The notes beneath the pieces were generated by a model. It worked only from the letters and a program-made list of their open reading frames with translations, was not told the DNA's origin and made no database searches. Positions 25,261-37,000 of a stretch of DNA of 64,000 nucleotides are shown here, piece by piece (position 1 is the first letter of the stretch; the number at the start of each line of letters is the position of its first letter). The DNA lies in the NCBI RefSeq assembly GCF_964204645.1, contig NC_134031.1, positions 7,192,001 to 7,256,000 of the forward strand, written 5' to 3'. The position numbers and the translations under genes are program-made. Source of the DNA: Tubulanus polymorphus. Lineage: Eukaryota; Animalia; Nemertea.

Positions 25261-27914
25261 ATGTCTTCTTTTCATCACCAGTCCTCTTCTTCCCACAGCT
25301 GTAAGTAAAAACTGTTTTTAATCAAGATTTCTAAAACGCCATTAAGGATCTCATGATTGCAAAGATAACAGCGGAATCATCAGTTATTCATAAAACTAAC
25401 ATGATCGATGGTTTTAAAGATAAACTATAGCCACTTATTCAAAAAAAGCCTAACCATAGGCATTAGGCTTATAACAAGTAAAAACATTCTACGATATTTC
25501 GCGAGCACCGATACAAAATTGGTGTCGATCTAGAACTTAATTCTTAGTGATAAATGTAATATATAGATTTGTATAATTCATTACAGCATGCAGTTCGTTC
25601 TCCTCGAGTGGTGGCACAGGCGAAATTAAGGCAAGTTTTTTTTCACTATGGATGATAGTCGGTTTTTATAGCCTGATAGTTTCGAAAATGCCTTTTAAAA
25701 GCTAGGGGTCGGGGTAGTTATTTTGATGGATCCGCGTGTGACTAGATATTTTCGTTTGAACGCTGCTTTTAGAACTGGGACCGCCCCGTGTCGAAAAATT
25801 CGGGGCAAGATTTTTCGGAATCTGGATACAATTTTCAGGGGTTTTTTTTAAATGAAAAGTAATCCATTCTCCAATGATTTATTGAGGTACTCAAATTCTT
25901 TTTTTTGGGGGGGGGGGCATTGATTTTCAATATGAAAGCTATACCCCTTTTCGCGGTGAAAAAGTGCCCTTTTTCTTGAAATAAAACGGGCCCTATGGGA
26001 TTTGTCTCAGACTGTCATGTTAGTCCATGGACGACTCTAAAATGATATAATTCATTTTTTAGAGTCCATATTTAGCACATGTATATAAACTTTTATTTCC
26101 GGAACAGGCTTGTTTGTCTGGTATTCGGACTTCAAACCATCGACTGTCTTGGGTGCGTGCCTGGCGAGTGCACTCGGGCCCGATTAGAATGGATTTGCGG
26201 TTCTGTGAGGTTCACTGATTCCTGTGAACTCTGCGGAATTATTCTGGAGAGGTCTTTGACCGGCGAAAGACTAGAACTCAGCGTCATTATGGTGGCTGAT
26301 CGGGCCACAACTCAAATTAATTTCAAAAACTTGTTTTTAGCACGTATGTTGATCTGAATTTAAATTCATTTCCGTGAGTTTGAAAACGAGGGATTTTTAA
26401 ACTACTTTAAATCAATTTGAGACTCCGGGAATTCAGCAGCCACCCATGATTTAGATTATTGTATCTGAACCTATGATGGTCCGACTAAAGAATGATTCGA
26501 AAAGGTGTTATTTTCCAGCATCCGCTGAAAACGACTTGTTTTGATAACAGTTATATACTAAAATCAACTATGGGTACTTTTGTTAGGTCCTGAAAACATT
26601 TTGATTGTTTTCAGCAGGTGCTTTTTCGAAACCTTTGACCTGAGTTAAATATTCGTGTCTTAAAATAATTAGCTGCGGTTTCTGTTATATAAAGACACGA
26701 GGACCGCAAAGCGGGGGTGGGGGCATTAGGGGCTTATAATTCTTCGCTGCTTTAAAAATTCAAATAAAGTCCTTCTCCGGCCGCACACAAAATTTAAATT
26801 CGATGTGCGGACTCCTTATCACCAGAAAAAAACTGCACTTTCAGCGCTCGTGACTTTTAGAGCCCCCAAGTATATAGGCTTTGGGATCGGTAGTTAGCGC
26901 CCAACCCCGCCCCATCTTGAGGCCGTTTCGCAGCCCCTTGAGAAAAGCAGGCGCAGTAAATCCCTATCAAACTAACTATATATAGCTATATATACTTTTT
27001 TTCTGTTGCAGTTTGGTCAAAGTATCTCGGGGACTGGTCCAGCACTTTATAGGACCGCTGACGGTGTGGAGCACCAAGAAGGCGGGGCTAGGGTGACCAG
27101 TTTTTCCGCTACGGGACCGGCACTTTATAGGACCGCTGACGGTGTGGAGCACCAAGAAGGCGGGGCTAGGGTGACCAGTTATTCCGCTACAGGACCGGCA
27201 CTCTATAGGACCGCTGGCGGAGCGAAACACCAAGAAGGCGGGGCTAGGGTGACCAGTTATTCCGCTACAGGACCGGCACTCTATAGGACCGCTGACGGAG
27301 TGGAACACCAAGAAGGCGGGGCTAGGGTGACCAGTTTTTCCGCTACTGGACCAACACTTTATAGGACCGCTGACGGTGTGGAGCACCAAGAAGGCGGGGC
27401 TAGGGTGACCAGTTTTTCCGCTACGGGACCGGCACTTTATAGGACCGCTGACGGTATGGAGCACCAAGAAGGCGGGGCTAGGGTGACCAGTTTTTCCGCT
27501 ACAGGACCGGCACTCTATAGGACCGCTGACGGAGTGGAACACCAAGAAGGCGGGGCTAGGGTGACCAGTTTTTCCGCTACTGGACCAACACTTTATAGGA
27601 CCGCTGACGGTGTGGAGCACCAAGAAGGCGGGGCTAGGGTGACCAGTTTTTCCGCTACGGGACCGGCACTTTATAGGACCGCTGACGGTATGGAGCACCA
27701 AGAAGGCGGGGCTAGGGTGACCAGTTTTTCCGCTACGGGACCAGCACTTTATAGGACAGCTGACGGTGTGGAGCACCAAGAAGGCGGGGCTAGGATGACC
27801 AGTTATTCGGCTACGGGACCAGCACTTTATAGGACAGCTGACGGAGTGGAGCACCAAGAAGGCGGGTCGAGAATAACTGGTTTTTCTGGTACAGGACCCG
27901 GACTCAGGAACTAG
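25261..27914 (+). CDS. Unassigned ~328-aa protein: short Ser-rich N-terminus plus 11 x 26-aa repeat (TGPALYRTADGVEHQEGGARVTSFSA)
   Basis: Model: non-coding exon ending 25105 (AG|GTGAGT); exon 25256-25300 with ATG at 25261; exon 25587-25630 with GC donor (AAG|GCAAGT); exon 27012-27914 after a strong polypyrimidine-CAG acceptor. Phases join in frame (MSSFHHQSSSSHSSCSSFSSSGGTGEIK-FGQSISGTGPALY...). Many differences between repeat units are synonymous in this frame. Confidence 0.75.
27033..27890 (+). repeat. Coding minisatellite, 11 x 78 bp, with a 234-bp higher-order duplication (units 4-6 = units 7-9)
   Basis: Directly visible. Diagnostic variants (TGPTLY, ADGMEH) recur with period 3. Confidence 0.97.
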
Positions 27915-28991
27915 TGACCATTTTCAGCGAATGAAACGTACAAGACCTGCTACATGCTACTAGACCCAAATTAGAAATTCTAATCTATATATAGCTTTTC
28001 AATGATTGAAATTTTGTGGTGGTATTAGTCTGTAGATACATATAAACTACATATGTGTACACACATATGTGTCATGTGAACCAGCAATCATGATTTTCTT
28101 GCTTATGATATGGTCAAGCCCTGACGAGCATCCCCATCGTAACTCAGATTGACTGAGCCCGCCAGACTCGGTCGATCAGCCGTGAACTAAGTCCTCTTAA
28201 AAGTAGTCTTTAAGTTGTTAGATCGGCTTCAGTATCTAAATAGCTCGGACAGTGGCGGATCCAGGGGGGTTCCAAGGGTTCTGCAATACCGTGCCCCTTG
28301 GAGTTGCCCCTAAATCCATGGATTAGTAGTGGAATAATAGTGGAATAATAGTGAGTGCCCTTGGAACCCCCTCCTGATAGGGCCCTGGATCCGCCCCTGC
28401 TGGAAACCGGTCTTAAATCTAAGCCATGACCCCAGAGGTTCCAAAAATCAGAATCATCTCAGCTTATTACAAACTCAATCACAAAATCGTATTCAGTCAT
28501 TCATTCCAAATAATTTTATTGATACATAAACGATAGAGTGGACTTTGATTTTATATCTTCCAAATCGATAATATAACAATCGAAATTGAACAACATATTT
28601 CTTCAATACAAGCGAATACATTTTTGTAAGTGTAAATTCATCAGAAAAAGTGGAGAGCAAACTTGATAATATACAAAAATTATAAATAACCATCCAACAC
28701 ATGATAAATTCAAATATCAAAGGACAAGGTCGATTAGCAGTTGATCAGCACATAATTGAACAGTAGAACAATAGAAACGATACAATTGTAGAATTCGTAA
28801 TATTTAACTTATTCCTGTATGAACTATTCATCTAATCATTTAGAAAAATTTATGAAATTCAACAGCGAATAAATATTTTTTCAAATAATGCATTTTTACA
28901 TATCACTCATTGGGTTACGAGTATATGAGAATTGAGCCGTTTCGACAACGATTCGAGTAACTTCAGCAGATATCCCACAAAAATCAACGTA

Positions 28992-29318
28992 CAGTAGACT
29001 CAGTCTATGGGGGTACCGGCCGCTACGGTAATCCGCTCAAATCAGCGGGTTTCTATCCCTACCGTGTCAATGTGAAATAATCTGAAAATCTATACCGGTA
29101 TTTGTCTATACGGGTAACATTTAACGCTACTGATATAGCGGTGGCGTTGGAACTGTAGCGACTTTTACTGAATAACGTTTTTTTTTTCATTGAATATCAC
29201 GTTTTTTACGAAATTGAAGTAAATTCGCTGCAGCAACATCAGAACCTTTCAAAAATCGGCAATTGGCCACGGCAATCAAAAATTGCTTCCAATGCGCCTA
29301 TATAGGCGGAGTCTACTG
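28992..29318. mobile_element. TA-flanked MITE (Tc1/mariner-type)
   Basis: ta|cagtagactc ... gagtctactg|ta. Confidence 0.75.
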
Positions 29319-30557
29319 TATATCATTATGGTGCAGGTATCAATCCATGGGTCACACACCCTTGGACATCGATCATATGCTAAGTCAGGATGCGACTGCT
29401 TTTTGTGATAAACAGTGTTCTTGTTTTTCTATAGTCTATGGAGATGGAGTGCACCGGTAATGAATTTCAAACTGAATACGTCGGAGGGCAGGAACTGAAT
29501 ATAGGAAATACCTGGGTCAATCGTTAAAGGGCAGTTTTAAGTTAACAAGTCGATAACTGGCTTAGTGCATTGTAACTATGGTATTCATCTGGGGCCAGTT
29601 GCTCAAAAGTTGGTAAATGATAACCGACGGATAAATACCGTATAGTAACAATGAACTTTTAATTGTCACTACATCAACTAAATCAAACTTTTGAGCCACA
29701 GGGAAAATTAACTATCGAATGTCCAATTGGGTGGACCAAGGCCGCAGTTCGGAAGCTGCATGAATTTGTTCGTAGCTCTTACATCATTTCGAGTATATCA
29801 TTACTATCACATTTTCCATAAAACTTTTTCAGCAATGCCATCCGAGTGCACTGATGTTTCGTTTTTCGAATTTACTAGCGAATAATCTCCATAATATACA
29901 AAATACTGTTAGCGCGGTGTTACTGTAAGATTATACCCGTTTCGGCAGTTTCGAGATTTAACTCTTTCAAAGTCAAAGTTTGTTGATTTGAATTAAGGGA
30001 TCATTCACTTATTACGTACGCATTAGGGTACGGGGAGGGGTAAGTGCAATTGCGTACTGTTGAAAAAGTCAAATCTTATGCGTACGTAATTAATGAATGA
30101 TCCCCGATATTTCTCTGTAGAGTCAAATTTCAAAATCGCAAATAAGAAATTGTTAAAATATTTTACGCATAGACTAGTATAGAATAGAGAGGCATTTTAA
30201 AGTTCGGTAAAAAAAGCTGCCAGGGTAGGTTCAGAGGACAAACCTTCATAGATTAGAATAGAAAACGGTTACCTTTAGTAAATATTGATTACCAGAACAT
30301 TTTAATCAAGTCATATTACTAACTAGCCACGCTAGTTATGTCATCATACATGAATCTTTTCAGATATATCTTTTCGGATATCATCCTCATTGAATTACTG
30401 AAACCTCTTCGAACTTTCGCACGATTCAGCACCTGAAAATGCTTTCACGCGTCAAAGAGAAGTCCGTATCAAAGTAAAAGACAGTTTTTCATTAAAGTAT
30501 CGTAGAAATATTCGGAAAATATTTCATCCAGCTTTAGCAACATTCTGGGATGAACAT

Positions 30558-30990
30558 TATAAAAACCCACTATTTACAGATTAAAAGTATCAGAAACCGA
30601 GAATTTATTGAATCAAAAATATATTTAAAAGCCACAACGTTTCGATCTCATCTAAGAGACCATTGTCACGTCGTTTCTTTTAAACCTTTCACCGCCGCTA
30701 TTTTTTAAGTCATTTTTTTAGTGTAACTTGTAAAATTTGTCCATTAAAATCACTTGAAGTTACTTTTGTGTTTTTACTACAGATAAAATTCTATCAATAT
30801 CCGCCAAGTAGAGATACTTCCTAGTGAGTTTTATTCAGCTCCCGAACTATTTCCGTAGCGGCAGTTCGAGGTCAAATTATACTCCCGAATATCTTGGGAA
30901 CGGCAGGCATAGGGTCAATAAATTTTTGATTCAATGAATTCTTTAATACTTTTAATCCGTAAATTGTGGGTTTTTATTATATCGTTCTCT
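30558..30990. repeat. Inverted-repeat remnant, probably another Penelope pLTR family
   Basis: 30558-30625 (aaaaacccac...ttgaatcaaaaat) is the reverse complement of 30920-30980. On the minus strand, ggtctc-ttagat-gagatc-gaaacgttgtg has a degenerate hammerhead-like layout. Confidence 0.45.
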
Positions 30991-31096
30991 CTCCAGGTTT
31001 AATTGTGGCTATTCTACCATTCCGAGATGAAATTACACATTTTACGCAATCCGCGTCAAAGAATTCGAGAACAAAATCGAGTACAGATGACCATAT

Positions 31097-34000
31097 TTAG
31101 AAAGGCTGCGAGAAAACTATTTGCATCGGTTTGCTCGTATCCAACGAGACTTGGTGAGTTGGACCAGACGGCAATAAGAACGAGTGCACACTGGTCGATC
31201 GTACTAATTTATGGCAGATTGAACACTGGTCGTCGTCCGTTTGTTTACGCAACGCCGTCAACGTCGCGACGCTGCCTGATCGCTGAATCGGTTTACGAGG
31301 CGAGGACGTCGCCGTCGGTGTCGTGGCCAACCCGGTTGATAACGATCGACGTCGTCGCGGCGACGGCGAACTCAACCGACTAAACACGTTCTCTTTATCG
31401 TTGCTCGCGTTTTGCGACGAACTTTGCGCGTTTTCCAATTTATCGCGGTCCTCCGCGCCACGTTTCGCTTTCGTTTGTGGTTGAGGCAGTCTCGACGGTT
31501 TTGTAGCGGCTAAATGTGGAGTAGAAGATGTCAGACGTTGCGACGATTTCAGGCCCTGATACTGAGCAAGTTTGCTCTTCAATTTCGGTTTCGAAGACGA
31601 CGACGCCGCGGCTGACGACACGTCTTCCGTAGATTTACTAGTTGTCGCGTCGGGCATTTTCCGCTGAGGAGTTTTCGTCACTAGACTCACCGGAGTTTTA
31701 GCTTTCAACGGCATCCGAGGTCGCGGACTACCGGTTACGACTACCGGCTTCACTCCTAGTTTACGCAACAATTCATCGGGTTTATCTTTTTTAAACGTGC
31801 CACGTCTTTCGCTCGACCGATTCGCATTCGAGCTTGCTGCGCTCGAGTTTTCGCTTGCCACTGCCGCAGCTGCTGGGGCCAACCGTGGTTGACGTGACAA
31901 CATGTATCGCGGTGTAGCCGGTGCGCTGTACGTTTGATTCAAAGATCGTCTTTTACTGCTCGTAGCAGTAGTAGTAGGCACAGCTGTAGAACTACTCAAT
32001 GACAATCGAGAAGGTTTCGCCGGACGCACGTTACCCTACAAAATACCAGCAAAAGCAATTTCAATTGTGTAGGCCACATGAACATTCTAATCGGAATACA
32101 AGCCATAGGCCCTACTGGGATGACATAATTAAGATGGTACCACAATCTTAGTTAGTAGCATAGGGGAGATTCCCGAAGGCCTTCATTTTAGGATAATGAG
32201 CCTCACTAATTCAGGTCGCAAAAACTTCTATGTTCTGTTAAGTTTGTCGCCCATATGCAGTTTTCTCTACCCGAGATGGTAGACAGACTTCCGAGCACCC
32301 CGGATGAAGATGGTTTGCGCATATCCCAGCATGCCTCAGATTTGGTGGGAATGAAATGTATTTTCTTCTAGGCACAGTCAAAGCAACAATGGGTCATCAC
32401 ATGGATTAGGAAAATTTCAAGCATTTTGTCCAAGGCAGAGATTAATCTGAGGCAATTGGCTCCATGCTGAGCCTAATGTAATTCACTTTACAGTGGAAGC
32501 ACATTATAACTAATTGGGACGGACTTATTCTATTGGGTTGGAAGCAATTTTTGATTGCTGCGGCCAAATGCCGATTTTGGACAGGTTCTAAATATTGCTG
32601 CGGTTAATTTACTTAATTTCTTCAAAAACGTGGTATAGAAAGACAAAAAAAAAACGTCATTCAGTAAATTATTGCCGCGGCTTACGCAGCTGCAGTCGCT
32701 GCACTTCCAACGCCACTGGACAGAGCAAATCAAAGATTTCATTTCACAGAAATCGATATTGAAATACAATTTTAGATCTTAAAATAAAACCCGGAAGTAA
32801 AACGGTAGACGATACCGCGGGTTCACACGTGAACACCTGCTGATATCTGCGGCTAAGCCAATCACAGAGGAGTCTTTGCTTTCTGATTGGCTTTTTAAAA
32901 CAGATATTTTTGCGTTCAGATTTTTGCAAAAAAGCTCGTATAAATTTTAACAAGGCCCTTTTTCAAAATTCAGCTTCATAGGGGTTGGAGAATGGATAAT
33001 GCTCTAATGAATGATTTGTATGAATATATGCTCAGTTGCACAGTCAAAGAGCCTTAGCTCTGGGAACCATGTCATTGCACAACTCTCAACATATGACACC
33101 ATGAAATATCGATAACTTACCGATGAGTTCAAATTCAAACTTTTTTGCGTCGAAAGTTTAGGTTTCACAGACATCCTTTTTTCAATTGTGCTGACAGCTC
33201 TCTTCAACGGAGCACTCTGAAATACCGAACATCATTCATATTGATGAACTAATGGACCACACGGCTGCATAGGTTAGATTTATCAGAAATCGTAGCTCAT
33301 TTAAAATACACTAATAAAAGTAATATAAATTTCTAAACTTTTACTGAATTTACCCGGTTCTGACTTGATAATTTTGGTGCTGGTCTTAACTGTTTATTCT
33401 CCTCAATCTGGACGAAGGATGCCTCTATAAAATTTGAAAAAAAAAAATTTTCCATAATATCTCTTGTACAGCAGTAATCTCATATTGTAATGTGAATTTT
33501 TTTCAGAAAGAAACAAAGACTGAAATAATCAATTTTTACAGGTACTCGTGGATTTACACAGTGGACCCTCATTAGAGTGAAATTCCCGGGACCAGGAAAT
33601 ATGTTCGTTATAACCGATAGTTTGTTATATCCAGTATGAAATTAATCAAATTGTCTTACTCCGGACAAAATTCGAAACTTTTTATATCTGATGAATCGTT
33701 GTATCCGAGTTCGTTGTAACGAGGTTCCTATTTGGTTTCTATTTAGCCTCATACAACACTACTAGTACTTACCATCTTTGATTTTATCTTGCAACTTTTT
33801 AGGAATCTGGTCCCACTCCGGTAACAGCAGTAACTGCGATAAATTGTGGGTGATGAACAATTGACAAAGTTCTTCGATGCGTTTCGTTAGTTTTCTCGAG
33901 TCCTGAAATACAACACAAAGTGAATGACCGATTCAATTCAATTACTTAGGAAAATATGGTGACAACGGTTCTCGGGCTGAGGCTCAAACGCGAACTCCGA

Positions 34001-37000
34001 AATCATCATGCGTTAGTTCCCATTGCATTATGGATATGTTGTATCTAGGGTCAATAGCTAAATATTTTCAAGACAAATTTTTGAATTTCAACCCGGTTCC
34101 TCAGTTATGAGGTCATCTTCAAGGTCATGTCGGTTAGTTTTTAGTGCCTAGTTCTGCTGCTAGGTGGCGCACTTGGTCCACTCTTTGCACTGCATCACTA
34201 GACCTCCTTATTAACATAACACCCAAGTTTCATCAACCGACTCCTAATGAAGCTAAGTATAGCTGAAAGACAGCCACACATATAGGCAAACAGTACAAGA
34301 ATAAGGGTTTCACGGAAGCCCGAGAAACAATATCATTCCCTGGTCTTACGTCAATGGTTAGGTTTACGATCATTCCGATGGGTTTGGGATTATTGGTGAT
34401 ACATCAAAAACAGAAAATAATTACTACAACATCACAAGAAAAGTAGTCCAAAGACTTGACAGTTTAGCCATAGAACACTTTTCAATCCCTCATACTTACC
34501 AAGCTCCAATCACAGATTCCACTATGAGCAAACGATTTCAACTTTCGCGCCGACATGTAAGACTGACAAGCCACTGATACCGGCTGCGAATGAATCACTT
34601 TGTTCATCCAAAATTCCAATAAATCCAAATTCTCCGAAGCTTCCTGCAAATCAAGATGACGATGAAAGAAACTTCAAGGAAATACGAGATATGCTTTTTT
34701 ACAGTGGATATTACGTCGGATAAAAAACTGAATAAACTAGGAGTCCAGGGACACCATGCCCACTTGGGAAGTGGTTTCAAATGCTCAACAATCTAACAAT
34801 TTCAATATTCAACGCCCTCTGGTGACCATATACAAAAACCAATGACCTTGAAACTCAATACAATCATAAAACATGTCAGCAGCTACGATTTTGTAATTGA
34901 TTGTGATAACAAAAAATGCCTCGTTACTAATTTAATATGGAAATACTAAGTTAATCTACTATTCAACGCCCCCTGGTGACCATATTAAAACCCCCAATAA
35001 CCTTGTAACTCACCATATTCATAGAACATGTCATGAACTACAACTTTGCAATTGATCATGGTAACAAAATATGCCTAGGTACCAATATAATAAGGAAATA
35101 CCAGGTTATTCTACTATTCAACGCCCCCTGGTGACCATACAGAATAACTAATTTCCTTAAAACTCACCACAATCATAGATGATGTCATGAGCTACAACTT
35201 TGCAATTGATTGTGGTAACAAAATATGTATTGGTACAAATATAATATAGAAATACTAAGATATTGTATTATTCAACGCCCCCTGGTGGCCATATACAAAA
35301 AACAATGAACTTGAAACTCACCCCAATCATAGAACACGTTATACGCTACAACTTTCTAATTCATTGTTGTAACAAAATATGCTTAACAATATAATGTCGA
35401 AAAACTTTTTCCCACCTACGAATGAGAACTAATGACACCAAGATGGCCGCCAATTGCGTCATAATTGGCGGATCAAAAATACCTATCTCAGGTATAAAAC
35501 ATCCCTTTACAAAGAATACCCATCACAAATTGCAATGAGAAATGGCAAACCAGTAGGAAGCTACAGGACCTAGAATTCTGGCCAAAATTGACATTTTTGG
35601 GCACTAAAAAGGTCATAGGACGGCCATCTTGAGTCAGATGGACCCAATTTTTCTTATGCTGATGGGCCCTTGGTAGATTCAAATATATTCGAAAGATCAA
35701 GGTAATTGATCATATCGCATTCAAAATTTCCCTCGTAAACTTAAAAAATGTGTAAAAAGTGCTGATTTTGGCGAACAACAATGGCTGCCAGTCGGCCATC
35801 TTGATTCTGATAGGGCCAGTTTTTGGGCTGAAGATGTGTCTAGGGTAGATACATGTATAAACCAAATATCAAGACATTACCTTGAAGCGTCTTCAAAACC
35901 TCCCAAAATAACTGGATTCTGTCTACGGACGGACGACGGACGAAAAGTGAACGCAATAGCCCGCTGGGACTAAAGTCCCAAGTGGGCTAAAAATGTACTG
36001 ATTTCATTTAAAGATTTCCCGAACATGCATTTCGGTACAGTCTTTTGGAAAACAACAACAAGATATCTCAAACATTTCGAACAGTTTTTTTTAAATGTGT
36101 TCCACAGTTCATGTCTGATTTTTTACTCCCGAGTTCTAACATTGGAATAAGAGTCGAACTTAACCAAGAACTGTTAAACTGGGTCATGCGGAATCTCGAT
36201 TTCAATCTATCCTGGTAAATCAAACAAAAATATTATCAACAGTTAGCTCTTTACATTAACGATCTTAAATCCAGATTGCTCAATAAAAAACATATATCTC
36301 AGATCTAGGAAATTTTTTTTTGTACCAGGTAGAGTAAACCTTGCCTAACTCTGACAGACTGGGACTGATTAAGTCAGAAAGAAATTAATATTTTTCCAAG
36401 TTACTGGTAGTCACAAGTCCCAAGTTGGCCGTGTCCTCTGTATTAGGTGACGTTTTTCTGAAGTAAAAGCAGTGACCAACATACTAAATATTCTTTTAGA
36501 AACGTCTGCGACTGGAGAACGGCGGAGAAATTCTGCTGTATGAAGGCGATACATTTTGTAGTGATGACAGTCAATAGATCAACTACAGTATCGGCCCATT
36601 TAACTAACGGTAGAATCGATTTCACTCTGTCACAACCGCAAAGTACGGATAACACCGTATCAACAGTCTGAAATATTAATAACATCAAATTGTCAATTTC
36701 AAAACATTTCTATCGAGGCCGTTTTTTGAGTACGCATGTGCCATCCGGGAATCTGCCAAAAAAATCATACGGAAAACGTTACTCTGTCTGTCCAGTTTTT
36801 ATCATGAATATTCAACAAAATTTTTCTTCATATTTCCGTCTTAATTTTCAATTTCTAATGATTTGAAAAAAGTAAGTTTTCTTTGTCTTTCCCATCATTT
36901 CAATTCAATTCAACATGAATTTCACTTGTTATTTATTTTTTGGCACAGGCCTTCTCAAGATTTTATGTGGCAAATACTGGAATAATAAAAAAAAGAAGTT

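Noticed and set aside
26108-26357. Possible extra exon or 92-aa ORF in intron 3 of the repeat gene
   Set aside because: The acceptor is plausible, but phase-0 reading hits a stop and the nearby donor is out of phase with the repeat exon. No recognisable product.
26976-27857. 293-aa antisense ORF over the 78-bp array
   Set aside because: Shadow of a stop-free repeat. Unit variation is largely synonymous in the + frame, and splice support exists only for the + strand.
27033-27890. CRISPR-like array
   Set aside because: There are no unique spacers; whole units are near-identical, and the context is eukaryotic and coding.
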